Positions 26,560 to 43,025 of a stretch of 64,000 nt of DNA are shown here, piece after piece. The stretch is from the human T2T-CHM13v2.0 reference genome, Homo sapiens: NCBI RefSeq assembly GCF_009914755.1, contig NC_060931.1; one strand, 5' to 3'. The notes beneath the pieces were generated by a model, which ran no database searches, was not told the origin of the DNA, and worked only from the letters and a program-made list of their open reading frames with translations. Within the stretch, counting starts at the first letter, position 1. The number at the start of each line of letters is the position of its first letter. The translations under genes were made by a program, and so were the position numbers.

Positions 26560-28250
26560 TTGACTCAACTCTACGCAAATGAATTTTTAAAAAACCTACA
26601 ATAAGTAAATAAATTTACAGAGAATTATAAATTGCTAAAACTTATACAAGAAAATATGCACAAATTTAATAGACAGCATAGATGGCAAAAAATAAAATGG
26701 TCGTGGTTACTTTCCTTAAAAGTTTCCAGACTCAGATGACTTCTTAGGTGAATTTTATCAAACATTTTTAGACAGATATCCTTGAGGCTTTAAAAATGTT
26801 TCAAGCACACAGAATGAAAAATAAAAATGCTTCATTTTTAAAAAATAAGCAGCATAGTATTGATCTGACAAACTAATGCAACAGAGAAAAATTAGAGACC
26901 AGGCTTACTTACAAGTGTTATTGAAGAATCCTAAATAAAATGTCAGATAAATAATCACATTAAAGAAATAATGAATTATGACAAGTAAACTTCATATCAA
27001 GAAAATAATGAAATTCAATATTAATAAATCTATAATTTATCATTTAATAAGTTAATAGGGTAAATCCTATTTGTCTCCAGAGATGCTGAAAAGGCAATTG
27101 ATATGATTTATATCCATTTCTTATTTTTAAAAAACACCCAATCAAAAAGAAACAGATTAAACCAAAAACCAGGGTCATTGTCAATGATGAAGCAGTGGAT
27201 TCATTTCTATTAAAGTCTAGCGGAAGAACTGCCATTCACTGTCATTTCTATTTAATATCATTCTATAAATTCTAATCAAAAAGATTAGAAGAAGGCAAAG
27301 TGTGAGTAGTGAGAAAGAAGTGACAAATTTATTACTATTTGCAGTTGATATAATATTTACTGGAAAATCCAAAATAATTAGTTTTAAATGATACATGATA
27401 TGAAAGAAAAAATATTTTACTAAAATTTCTGGTTACAAATTTGATGTAAAAATCAACAGCTTAATAATAATATGTTATATACTTGCAAATTGCTAAAAGG
27501 GTAGATTGCTAAGTACTCTCACCACAAAATAATAAGTATGTGAGGTAATGGATATGTTAATTAGCTTGATTTAGTCATTCCACAGTGTATACCAAAAACT
27601 GTATACAATTTCTGTCAACTAAAAAATAAGTTTAAAAAATCAATAGCATTCGTATACACGAACAAAAAAATGCATTAGAAAATATAAAAAGGTATCTTAT
27701 TTCAAATAGTAAAAGATAAAATATATTGGAACAAATTTAAGAAGACATCTAAGGGATCTAAATAAAAAACATTTTGACTCTAGTTATGGACTTTTATAAA
27801 GGAAAGCTCAACTAAGTAGAAATACATTGTTCTTGATTTAAAAAGCGTCCTGAAAATGTGTCAGAAATCTCTAAATTAATTCATTAAATTAAAAGTGCTC
27901 CCAAACAACAACAAAAAACTAGCATTAAAAGAAATAATTTGACAATTTGGTTTCAGAGTTCATTTGGAGACGTTATAATGCTTAAAATAATTTTCCATAT
28001 CTCTTTCAAGGATAGAAAAATAGAACAGAATAGTATAAAATAGCTATAATTTCGTATGAGAATTCAGCATAAAATTTGATTTCAAGTATTTATGTATGTA
28101 GTATTGAGGCAAATGTTAGTTCTTTGGGGAAAAATATTGCATTTCTTCTGAACTCTTTTTAAATTTAAAAATAAAATTGAATTCATAATGAACCAGGGGA
28201 TAATAAACATTGGTGAATAGATTTTACTGAACAGTGCATCACAGAAACCT
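26560..28250 (+). mobile_element. Ancient L1M ORF2 fragment (degenerate)
   Basis: CCAGACTCAGATGACTTCTTAGGTGAATTTTATCAAACATTT, GATGCTGAAAAGGCAATTGA and CTATTTGCAGTTGATAT (relic of the RT FADD region). Confidence 0.75.
27461..27634 (+). mobile_element. Short L1MA 3' end nested in older L1
   Basis: AAATTGCTAAAAGGGTAGATT...GTGAGGTAATGGATATGTTAATTAGCTTGATTTAG; TSD AAAAATCAACAGC (27448-27460) / AAAAATCAATAGC (27635-27647). Confidence 0.8.
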
Positions 28251-29619
28251 TTTGAGATCTGGCACGCAAACATCTGTATTACTTTAATAACACATATTTT
28301 TTTATTTAGGACCATATTATAACTTATGTAAATATAACCTGTGGCTAGGCATTCAGTTACTTCCATATTAGAAGCAATGCTAAAATGAACATCTTTTCAC
28401 AAATGAATAAGTGATATTTGTGGGAGAAATTAAATTGCAAAAGAGTATGATGTACTCACATTTTTAGAAAATGATATAGTCACATTTGTCTTCTGTAATA
28501 TTAAATTTCAACTTCAAATGTTAAGAAAAAATTTTAATTGTGTTTGTGCCTTGGATAGAAAGTGGGTTTGTGAAATGAAAGTGACATACCATTTTATTGT
28601 ACATTAACCAGTGCATGTTATTTATTAATGAACTTGTTAGATAGTTAAAGGGAGGATGTCTACAATGGAAGTGAGGAGAGCCAACTGCAGAGCGTTGTGG
28701 ATCTGTGGTCTTATTTTTACAGAAAGATAATTTGAACTCAAAGGGATTGGAACAAAACGAGAAGAGTTATAAATAAAAAAGAAAAAGGGAATAAAATAAC
28801 GCTCTTGGGAAGACATCAAAGATATCTGGATTTGTTTCTAATTATTTTTCTCAATTAGCTAAAATTAGATTCAGTTCCAGGAAATATGTCATTAATATTT
28901 CATGACAACATTATTTAAATTAATAAAAAAAATATATCTTGTCAAAATTTTAATTTTTAAAACCACATTATTTCTTCCCTTCCTGTTAGAATCTCACAAC
29001 TCTTTTAGTGTACAACATGGTGGCTCACAGTCTCTAAAAAGTGTCTGGTAAATATATACGATGGAGAAAAATACAACAGGAAAGCCCAACCAAAATTAAA
29101 CAAGGAACAAGTGTTTGATTTGTAGTGCATATTTCATATATTCTTTAAAACAAATTACTAAAAATGTTATGAGATTAGCAATTCTGTCATCAGCGAAGAA
29201 GGAGTCTGGGTTTTTATTTATGTAAAATCCATCTCTTAGATAATATGGTTTTATTTAAAGTTTACATCAAAAACAATTGAGAATGCTATTTAGCTCACAA
29301 GTTCAAGAATCATTTTCTTCTGGACTTCAGTGGAGTAGAAAATGAAAAAAAAGGATTTGAGTTATTCTGCATCTGAGTTTGTCTGTATAAGGTATTTCTA
29401 GCTAATCAAGATAAAAAGATATTTAATCAGCATTCTTTATTTTCATTTGCTGGTTGTATCAAGAAACAGTGAAGAATGTAAGAAATAAGTCAAAAAATGA
29501 GAAGGTTTATGGAGGTAGATGTTATTCCTCAAACCACATTTGACATTGTGAGATGCAAATAGATTTTAGTCCAGAAAGTGCAATACCATCTAATTAAATG
29601 GATCTTCTTTAGAATGGTA

Positions 29620-29952
29620 CAAGACCCCTTCAGATATCTACTCAAAGGGCGTTTTCTCAATGGAACCTACCTGGACCACATCCCGTTTAAAAACTGTATT
29701 CGCCCACCCATTCCTTCATCTGGATTTTTTTTTTTTTACTCTGTTCTGTGTGTTCCTTTTTCATAGCACTTACCACCTTCTAAAAGTTAATAGACTTATT
29801 TATTATATTTATAATTGTGTTTATCTCCCCTCCCAGAACCTAACTTCCAAGAGGATAGAGATCTGTGTAGATTTGTTCTCTGATGTACACATGGCACCTG
29901 GAATAATGCTTACACATAATAAGCGTTCAATAAATATGTGTGAATAAATGAA
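29620..29952 (+). mobile_element. L2 3' end
   Basis: CATAGCACTTACCACC...GCACCTGGAATAATGCTTACACATAATAAGCGTTCAATAAATATGTGTGAATAAATGAA. Confidence 0.85.
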
Positions 29953-30729
29953 GGTATATGGAAGAAATTCCTAGCCATAAAAGCAAAACATCACAATACA
30001 TTTTTAGGCAAGGCTAGAGATTTAACTCTTAAGGAAGGATTTAAAAGCATTCTTAATAGACTGAGTAGAGGAATAGATTAATTAAAAATTTAGAATCTGT
30101 AAAATATTTATGAAGCGCCTCTGTGGTAAAATACATTAACTCAAGGGTATGATTATATTAATAATTAAAATCACAATAAATTTTAGAATTGATATTTTAA
30201 GTAGTTTTTTTAAAACATCCAATTTGCTTTCCTAGAAACAATATATTTGCCCTCTCTCATTTGGTCATGTGCATTCACATCCCAATAGCCTTCTGACCAC
30301 AGGATCTTGGGTAGATATTGCATCCAATGCTTTTCTCATCTTCATTTCCAATATCCTTTCCCTTCTCCCCTTCAGCTGCCCATTCCCAGGACCACACCTT
30401 GAACCTTGCCAACACTTGCAAAGCTTTCACATTTGATATAATCAGTTTCCACCTGTAGTCTTCTGACCGTGATTTCCTATTTTGCACTAAACTCAGTTAT
30501 TCAGCCAGTTATTCAAACTAAATCTAATCTTGAATCTAAGGGTTGAACCTCATGTCCACTGAATGTTTTCCTTTGCCTCAAAGCATCAGCCACTTTCTGT
30601 AGTAACTTTCCACCTTTGCAAGGTTAGATTTCATGACCTATCACTTCATCCACTCTTCTTCTACACAGATAGTATTAATATTAATACTAATTCCATGTTA
30701 AAACTAATATTAAATTTAATGCCAGTACT

Positions 30730-30980
30730 AATATAGTTAACATTTTTGAGCACCTGCTACATGCCCAACATTATTCTAATCTCTGTGCATGTAGTGCCTA
30801 GTTTAATCTTCACCACTCCATAGGTAACTTTTGTGTTATCCTCATTATACATATGAAAAAAACTAAAGGAAAATATGGTTAAAATTATGGCTTAAGGTGG
30901 CACAACTGAGATTTGGAACTAGGCTACAAAGCCCAAAAATCAAGTTCCAGAGCTTATACTCCTAACCATGGTATCTGCCT
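30730..30980 (-). mobile_element. MIR
   Basis: AACATTTTTGAGCACCTGCTACATGCC...TTTAATCTTCAC...CTAAGGTGGCACAACT...CCAGAGC. Confidence 0.75.
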
Positions 30981-31238
30981 TCACACTTTGTTGAAACTGC
31001 CTTTGCAAGTTTACATTGGCCTGCCTATTGCTAAGTGTAATGAACACTTACTCTCCATGGCAGATGGGTGAAAGTATACATTTGTGATCTCAAATCTCAA
31101 CTGAGCTCTCGAATTCTCTCCAAAGTCTTCTGGTTGGTTGACTCTCCAGGTCTCTGTAGTGACTCTATCAAATCATCTGTACTTGTTCAAACTTTACCTC
31201 CCATCTCATTTATTATTAAAACATAAAAATAACCCCCT

Positions 31239-31676
31239 TGTTAAAAAGGTAAACTGAGGCACAGTAATTTTTTTTATAGAGTTTATTTGAGCAAACAATG
31301 ATTCATGAATTGGGAAGTTCCAGACAAGAAGTGGTTCAGGAGATCCACCAGGAAAATGCAAGAGGGAGGTTTTTATGAAATGAACACAGAAGTAAAGCAA
31401 AGAAGATACTTGATTGGCTATAGCTATACAGTTGCCTTATTTGGTATATACTATTGGATAGTCCTGAGTTATATAATTATAAGTCTGTTGGCTGCTTCCA
31501 ATTGATTGAGCTTAATTTCTGTTTTTCTTTAATGTATGCATTCACAATAAATAGCTCAAGTTAAGTTTCACTTATGTTTGCATATTGAGCAAGGTTAAAG
31601 TCGCTTAAGAGGCCTGACTAGATTTGATTGCTCAGGAGTTTTTCAGTCCTGGTTTCCATTTCTATTTACTTTAATA
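31239..31676 (-). mobile_element. ERV1-class solo LTR (MER4 group; LTR54-like)
   Basis: About 440 bp with TGTTAAA...TTTAATA termini. The minus strand has CCAAT boxes (plus-strand ATTGG) and an AATAAA near its 3' end. Family name is tentative. Confidence 0.7.
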
Positions 31677-31699
31677 CTTGTTGAAGGGGGAAAGTTGAA

Positions 31700-32510
31700 A
31701 GTATCAGATAAATTTACCCATAACTCTCTCATACCTCTTACTACCATGGACAATTATTTCTCCTCCTAGTTAGTTCTGTTCCTCTAGCCTTGTCCTAATT
31801 CATATCTCCTCCTGCTTCTCAGGGAGCAAGCAGAGCTTACCACTTTTGCTTTCACAGAACACTTTTACCTTTCCTGTCACTGCAGTCTTACAACTTTGCA
31901 CTTACTTTGTGACTGCTTATTTTTATTCTCTGTTGCCTTCTATTTCTCTGCGTTACTCTTAAGTTCTGGTGTTTATCAGGATTCAACTCTAGGCTTTATT
32001 CTTTTAGCATGCTACACATTACCACTAGCCTCTATCATCCATTTTCATTGTTTTAGTTATTACAGATAGCCTAAAATTTGTATCTTTCACTCAGATCTCT
32101 CCTGAGCTTTAAACCAGTATATGTAACCATACTCTGGATATTTCTGTTTGAATGCTCCATAAGCACCTTAAATTCAGTGTCTAAAAGTGAACTCTCATTC
32201 TCCGCAATGAACCTCCTGTTTTGCCCATGTTTTATAGTGAATTGGGATCACTATCCACTCAGTTGTGTAAGATATAAACTTTAAAGTTGCATCGTTCAAA
32301 AATGTTGCCTTTCTCTCAACCCTGACATCCAATCAGCCTTCAAAACTTGCCCATTCTACCTTGTATATATATCTTGAATCTCTCCACTTCTCTGTAGGTC
32401 AACTGACATTTTCCTAATGTAGGTAATAATACATACTTTTTACTGGAGCATTGTAATGGTTCCTAATTGCCCTCTCTTCATCTAGTATACTCACCATAAT
32501 CCACGTTCTT
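31700..32510 (+). mobile_element. L2 ORF2 fragment (further pieces at about 30250-30660 and 30985-31230)
   Basis: CAGATCTCTCCTGAGCTTTAAACC...CACCTTAAATTCAGTGTCTAAAAGTGAACTC...CATCCAATCAG. Confidence 0.7.
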
Positions 32511-32529
32511 AACAACTGGAGAATATACT

Positions 32530-33100
32530 TCCACCTTCCCAAGATGTCTCAGTGTCTCAGCCCATTCTGGGATTAGGCTCAGGCTTGAGGTGTAGAATCT
32601 TGATATTCCAATCGGTTCCAGGTAAGGATGAGACAAATATGGTTTCTTTCAATTGGAAAATCTGTGAACTAAAGAGATAAGTTAGCTGCCTTCCATACAC
32701 CCAATAAGAGTGGCGAGACAGGGACAGAATAGCCGTTACAGATACTCCTATTCAGTAGGATACTGGATGGCAGAGACGATGAGAGAGAACAGGAGAAATG
32801 TAGCGGTCACTAGTCCCAAGCAAATTCTGAGATGTAGATAGGCAGATATCTCTAGCTCTACCTAGGTTGCCATTTGAGTTCCTGGGAGTGGGTTTCTGTG
32901 GCTCTTGGCTCCTTCATCTGGGCTTTTAGCTTCATGACTTGAGTCACTTTCTCTTTTTTGTTAGAAATGGTCCATGCTTGCTGGGGAGTAGTTTCTCCTT
33001 CTGATTCCTTTCCAGGAAGGTTGTGAATACTGTTTGTCTCTCCAATCAGGCTTTCTGTGTGAAAAGCCCTGGTATCTTCTGCTCACAACTGGAATCATTC
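32530..33100. mobile_element. MaLR internal (MLT1-int) fragment
   Basis: TCTGTGAACTAAAGAGATAAGTTAGCTGCC...GAGACAGGGACAGAATAGCCG...TCCTATTCA resembles MLT-int. Confidence 0.5.
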
Positions 33101-34369
33101 TTTATAGTGTGCCAGAAGTTGTTCCTGGTGTACTGGGACATGCATTCTGGTGGGTGCTTGGAGGAGAGGATGGAGGGATTAGCAACAGACTTGGATGAAG
33201 CAATCTGGGGAAGTGTCACATGATGTATGTACCTCTTCATCTGTGAATACTTTCTCCTTTCCTTGGCATTGGCTTCCTGGAAAGGTCTTCCTGGTATTAG
33301 TGGAGGAGGTCATTGTTTTTCTCAGGCAAACTACTGAAAGTAATAATATTAAACCAATACAAGGCAAAATAGCAAAAAGCCCTTTCCCATTCAGTCATTT
33401 TAAAAGTTAATTCACCAAAAGGAGTAAAGTTTGGTCAGAGTAATTTCCACCAAGGAAAAAAAAAGATTGTATTTTTAGCGTACTTTACACAGTTAATCTA
33501 ACAAATCATTTCATTAATGTTGACTGTTCTTCCGGCCAAAGAGCAGAATTGAAAGAAACTTTTTACTGGTTGAAGCCACGTGCGAGCTTTTCTAAGTCCC
33601 CTGACCATTTGAAAGTTTAAAAGGTCCACAACTTTCCAATTGTTAGCCTTAGGGTAAATGGAAACTTAAAATGGTCTGGGAGTACCTTTCTTATGAGAAT
33701 GAAAGTAGCCTTCAGATTTATTTCCCTGAAATTGCATTCCTGCAAAAAAAAAATACTAATAGATAATTACTAAGAAGCCTGGTCTTTAATAATGCACTTA
33801 CCTTGTTCTGAGAAGTATGTGAATTACAGATCAGGTGTCTGTCTGGGTAAGGCTGAACCACTTCTCACATATAATCTTGTTTTTAAATCCTATATTAACA
33901 TTGTTTTCCTAAATCTACTTCAGCATCTTTATACTACTCAGAAAATAGAAATAATTCATATTTGCCCATATGTGTAGCAATAAATAGGAAGGATTGCGCA
34001 CCACAGACAATGTTTGCTTCCTTCAATGACAGTGTCCTGAACAAATGGAGTGTTAAATTATTTAGAAATACTTCTTCTCAGATTGGTAGTATTTGTCTTT
34101 TTGTCAGAATATTGCCAAAGATGGGCACAATATGACTGAAATTATATATTTACTGAGAAGAGCATGATTTGTACTTGTTTTCAAGTGAGGGAATTATAAA
34201 TCCAATACTTTGCTACCCTTCTATGTAGAATTTCTGTCAGAAGTAAGCATTTAATCTCTATTCACATTATCATAGTTGAAACTGGAATTCTGGTTTTATT
34301 TTTCAAACACTGATTTGAAAAAAAAATCATTATGTCTTCTGCTTTAGAGGAGATTTTGAGCACAGTATC

Positions 34370-34815
34370 TGTGATGGTTTGTATTGTGTCAGCTTGGTTA
34401 CACTGGAATGATGTTTCTCCAAACCCTCACCCTTCTGTGGTCCTGGGTTGTGTGAGACTTGGAAGGTGGAAGTGAATTAGTAGCTGTTAGTGTCTGAAGG
34501 CCAGTGTTGTGAGAGGCAGTCAAAAAACCCAGATGTGAGGGCAGGTTCAAGTGTGTCCTCACTCTCCCCAGGTTATCACTCCTGATTGCTGGCTCTGCTG
34601 CCCAGCCATGGCCTTCAGGCCCCATAACTGGACCTTGGGCTGCTGACTAACAGAAGCAGTAGCTACACAAAGGCAACAGCTTTCCATAGACAACTACCCC
34701 AGCAACATTACATGGCCCCATGTCCACAGCTGTATGTGCCTTTCTCCCTAGATTCCTTTGCAGGCTCCAATTTGTCCACCTGCACCAGGGGTTTGACAGT
34801 TGCCAGCTCTGATAA
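34370..34815 (+). mobile_element. MLT2 (E/F-like) ERVL LTR fragment
   Basis: Starts TGTGATGGTTTGTATTGTGTCAGCTTGGTTACACTGGAA, a typical MLT2 5' end. Confidence 0.65.
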
Positions 34816-34927
34816 CAAAGCTGTTTGTGGGTAGATTAAATCATTGAGAAATAGCATGCGGGGATTACCTGGGAATATTAGGAGTATCTGTTTTAATTAG
34901 TAAGATCTGGTAAGTGTTTATCTAAAA

Positions 34928-35724
34928 CTGTAGCAACCACTAAACAGTGTGACTTAAGAAAAAAAATTTTTAATTTTATATAATTTTAATTTAAATTACA
35001 ACACCAAAGTAGTATAAAATATTTTTCCATTAAACCAACTTTATTGTTTTGGTAGAACTTACATTTCACATTGCATAAGATGTTATTGCCTTATTGTTAA
35101 CATGCAGATTGGCTGCATGCATCTAGTCATTGTTAATAGATTGATTCAGATTGAATGCATTTTACATTTTAAATGAAGGCTTACTACTGATGCAACATTG
35201 AGTGAAAATGCTACCACCAGAATAGTAAACAGAAAACAAGAGATTAGTAGTCATGTTACAAATTTCATGAGGAATGGAATTGCATTTCAGTAGGGCACAG
35301 CAGAACAAAAAAGCGCTTTTATTTTTATGTAAAAAGGTAAAAATAGTGGGCAGCGTTTTTGTTGTGGAAGAAGTGTACAACATGAGACATTTTCAACAGA
35401 TTTATAGTAAATTTGATAAGATATTTTTTCTAACAAAAAGTCATTGAGTTTAGCCACTTGAAATAATATTTTAAAAGAACAGACAAAACGAACTGATGAA
35501 TTGGTTAGAATTGGAATTAAAAGACTAACAAAAAGTTTTTAATGATTTTTCAAAAGATCTAAGCTTGTAAATAAGCTAGGTTTTTTAAAAATAAGAAACC
35601 ATTTTTACATGGAGAAATGGCAAAAATGATTAATAATTTCACCTTTTAATTTTTACTTTTTAAAAATATGGCTACCAATTAAAAATTATATATGTGACTT
35701 GTATTTTATTTCTCTTAGTGCTGA
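34928..35724. mobile_element. Charlie-family hAT transposon derivative (MER3/MER33-like ends) with transposase remnant
   Basis: MER3/33-like ends (TTTTAATTTTATATAATTTTAATTTAAA; ATGGCTACC...ATATGTGACTTGTATT) flank a degenerate coding-like stretch GAGGAATGGAA...CATGAGACATTTTCAACAG. Confidence 0.55.
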
Positions 35725-35887
35725 TTCAAAGAGTATATGGAGACTTGAGGTAAAGTCTCATTCAGATGAATCTGAGAGGCCAGAAAAGCTTCCACTTCAG
35801 CTTTCCAGATCTTTCCATTTCCAGGGGACCTTTGCAAAGTATATTTTAGTTTTTACTACATAATTCATAAAAATTTGATGTTTTACT

Positions 35888-36103
35888 GTTAAAATTACTG
35901 GCTACTTGTGCCTGTATGCCTTAGTAAATTTCCGTGTATTTAAAAATATTTCTTCAGAAACGTAGACAATAAAGAGGAAAAAACAATGAGGAAAAAACAG
36001 CCAGTTAAAATTACTGGCTACTTGTGCCTGTACGAATTAGTATATATCCATGTATTTAAAAATATTTCTTCAGAAACTTGGAAAATAGAGAGGAAAAAAC
36101 AAT
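35888..36103. repeat. Tandem duplication of a 100-bp unit (period 116)
   Basis: Copies at 35888-35987 and 36004-36103, about 10 substitutions counted by eye, no indels. Confidence 0.95.
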
Positions 36104-37319
36104 AACATTTTAATATTAGTATTAAATGCTAATACCATCATTGTTAGCATATCAATAGCTTTTCTTTTACAACACAAAAATCTCATTTGAAATAAGTAAA
36201 AACATAAGTGAACACGTGAAAAAGACTATTGGAAACAAAGCCTTTTTAAGAACAGCAAACATGACATTATGTAATTAAAAATACAGAAAAGTTTTGCCAA
36301 CGAATATTACATTCACGAGTTTTTAGTGGTAGATATTTGGTAGAATAAGAGATGGGACGTATCAGCATACCCATATTACTTGGAGTTGGTTCTTGATAAC
36401 CATGCTGTTTATAGCTAATTATTTTTGTATAGTCAGAATAATATTTGGTATAATATTAGGTTACATTGCTGCATTTGAACTATCAATTTAGAGTTTAATT
36501 ATCTTGCCTGTTGAATAACCAATCTTGGATTTTTCTTTTGCTGTGCAATTTCATTTGTGCCATTTCTAACCATGTTGTATTGTTTTTAGAATGACTTTCT
36601 TCTTCAAATAACAAGTAGCCAAACTCCTTGAAAAAGGTATAGTGCTCTATCAGTATAAAGGTTGGGTTACCAGGTTTGGCAGCCAACACAATTTAATGAG
36701 TAAACAAACACTCTGCAGAAACTTAGACCTGCTTAACCCCTTCAGGCAATTTTAAGTATTTTAATTCTGCCAGAAATGTAACCTACTGTTTTAATGAATA
36801 GTCAGAAAATATCCTTAATACTTGTGGATATTGATTCCAGCTGGAGATGCCTATCACCTGAGTTGACATTTAATATCTTTTCAAGGGATTCTCTTGAATT
36901 GGAAATAAAAGAAAAAAAAGAACTAAACTTGCTTTATCATTCTTGAAAGTATTTATCAAATTGAAAGAACCTCAGATTTTAAAAAGTAAACCACCTTAGG
37001 GAAAAAGCATAAATGTCATTGCTGCCTAACTAGGTTTTAGGAGTCCAGAAGTCGGAGGGGGCCTTTATAGACAAAGCCTGATTCTGAAATAGTTTTGATT
37101 CCTGTATCTGAGAATATATCAGTCCTATTTGTACAGTGTATGTGGTCATGGAAGTTATCAGCATATTAAAATGTATTCCACATGGATACTTTTTCTGCCA
37201 TTCTTCTCATTTCGTACTCCTAACCTTGTAAAGTAGGAAAAGAAATTTAAAAGGGGCATGTCATTCAGAATAATATATTTATGCTACTTGGCTAAATATC
37301 AAACTATGGAATGTGAAGG

Positions 37320-40845
<3,526 letters not shown>

Positions 40846-41229
40846 ATTGTGATCTGTGAAGGCAATGGTATACATCTGTTTAAAATTCACTTCTCTTTTC
40901 CATAGTTCTTAATTATGTCCCTTGTATCCTATTTTTGTACCTCACTCCTGAGATACTCAACAGATAAAATTGATCACTACTTTTACTACTACTGTTTATA
41001 ATAGCAGATAAAATTGAACTATTTTTATAAAAGGACATTTTCAATATATTGTCTGCTTGGTTATCTATGTGCATTGAAAAAAGTCTAGCTTTATGTACAT
41101 GATAGTCATGAAACTGATACTCAGGAAAATTTGTATTTCCCATTTCTTTGGCTAGCTACAAACCAGATGTAATAATCTTATTACCTATTCCATAGCTCCC
41201 ATAAAATATATGTTTCCTCCCTTTTCAGA

Positions 41230-41800
41230 GGTAGACTCTGCTAGTGTTCAACATTTGTGCATCACTTTGCTTTTAAATGGCCTATCTTTAGTGGTCTCCC
41301 CTAACAGCCATTATCAGGATCAGTGTTTATGAAATGCCTGCTACTGTTCACCTTGCTAGTGATCTTTGAGTCTATTAAGAGGGAGGAACAAATTAGTTTT
41401 GCAGACATTTTTCCTGCATACCGAGGTCCCAAAATAATATTGTGGGAGTCCTGGGATTAACACTCAGTTCTCTCATCTCAACTGCACCATAGTTTACTCA
41501 CTTATATCGTTTCGCTGTAGGAAATGGTAAGCAGAAATATCTCACTGCACCTCCAGTCTGTAATGTGTTTGTTGAGCTCTGCATATTTTAGCAAACTCTG
41601 AGGGTTACAGCTCTATAGGTAAAGTCATGCCACCCCTAGGCCTACATTTCAACTACTTTGCCATTGGGAGCACTCCATCTGGAGTTCCTTTTTACCAGTT
41701 TTTTTCATTCCATGCTGTTCTACTAATTCTTCCGTCTTTCGTGTCTTTGCTATGTGGTGGGCTCTACTGCTTGTAACTTGAGGAAAACAATCAAACATTA
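41230..41800 (+). mobile_element. Possible LTR16/LTR33-like ERVL LTR
   Basis: Start GTAGACTCTGCTAGTG and internal GAGGTCCC...GGGATTAA loosely resemble the LTR16 group; very diverged. Confidence 0.3.
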
Positions 41801-42849
41801 TTTTTACTTTCTAGGAGGGTGATGGAGAGGTTAACTATCAAAGTTTATGTTTTATTTTGCATACCTGAATTTTACAAAGTAATAATAAACCAGTTCCAAC
41901 CCAGCTGTTGTTAGGACATTTTCCATATCTATAAATCATAAATGTTTCAAAACTGGTGTCATTCTTCTTGTTAGAGACTGAGGATAAGAGTAGGTATGAA
42001 ATTTTGTGAGCACAGGTGATATTTTCCTCATCCTTATTTTCCACATGATTGGAAGAAAAGAGACTGAAAGAAAACCCTATGTACTAACCAAAATTGTTTC
42101 CTTAATGTCTCTGAAAATGTACGTGCATTTTCAAACATGTTGAAGAAATAAAAGATGACCACATCTCCGTAGCAACTCCTTTATAATATTAATATTCTTT
42201 CCTTGTTCCTCTTCCCAACATGTATGTACCCACAGAAAGCCTCATATAAGACTCAAAATTGCTTAGGTTTTAAAAAAAATTTTCAGATTAAAAAAAATCC
42301 AACCTTGCTTTTAGTTAATAGCTGCATAGATGTTAGATTTTCAAAATGACAAGTGGAAAATTTTCCCATTCACTCACATTAGGCCAACCATATTTACTGT
42401 ATCAACAGTATGAATTTCCAGTGTGTCAACAGGTTATTTTAAAGAAGGTCTTTCATGAGATTTCTCTCTCTGCAGACTATGAATCATGCAAATTAACCCA
42501 TCACTAGAGATATCTGAGTGTGTGTGTGTACATATATTTTCTGTGTAATAAATTGAGGCTATAAAACTGTTCTGTCCCCAAAAAGGAAACTACAGCATTC
42601 TGTGACTGTATGTGTTGGAGTATGTATTGCTTGGAGGAAAAAATAAGCAGATATCAGCAACCAGAAATAGAAAGCTATATGCTTACATCACGGATAAAAT
42701 AACCCATAAACCATTCCTGATTCAGCACCCAATATCTTGCTAGCTACACACTGTTAAAATGTCTCCATATACCTAAAGTTGTCTATCCTGGAAATGTCAA
42801 ACTTCTGTCTACCATAGATAAAATTATCAGGCAACATTTATTATTTTTT

Positions 42850-43025
42850 CAGATTTTTTATGACATTTATTACAATCCAGAATTATTCATTTGTTGTCTC
42901 TCATTGCCTTCCCAAACCAGAATGTAAATTTTGCAGGAAAAGGGACCATATCTGTTTTGCTCATCCCTATGTCCCTAACAACTTGTACCTGTCATACCAC
43001 AAGTGCTTAATAAATATGCAAATAA
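42850..43025 (+). mobile_element. L2 3' fragment
   Basis: CCAGAATGTAAATTTTGCAGGAAAAGGGACC...GTGCTTAATAAATATG. Confidence 0.7.

Noticed and set aside
35888-36103. CRISPR-like repeat-spacer structure
   Set aside because: Only two 100-bp copies, in eukaryotic DNA with no cas genes; it is a tandem duplication.
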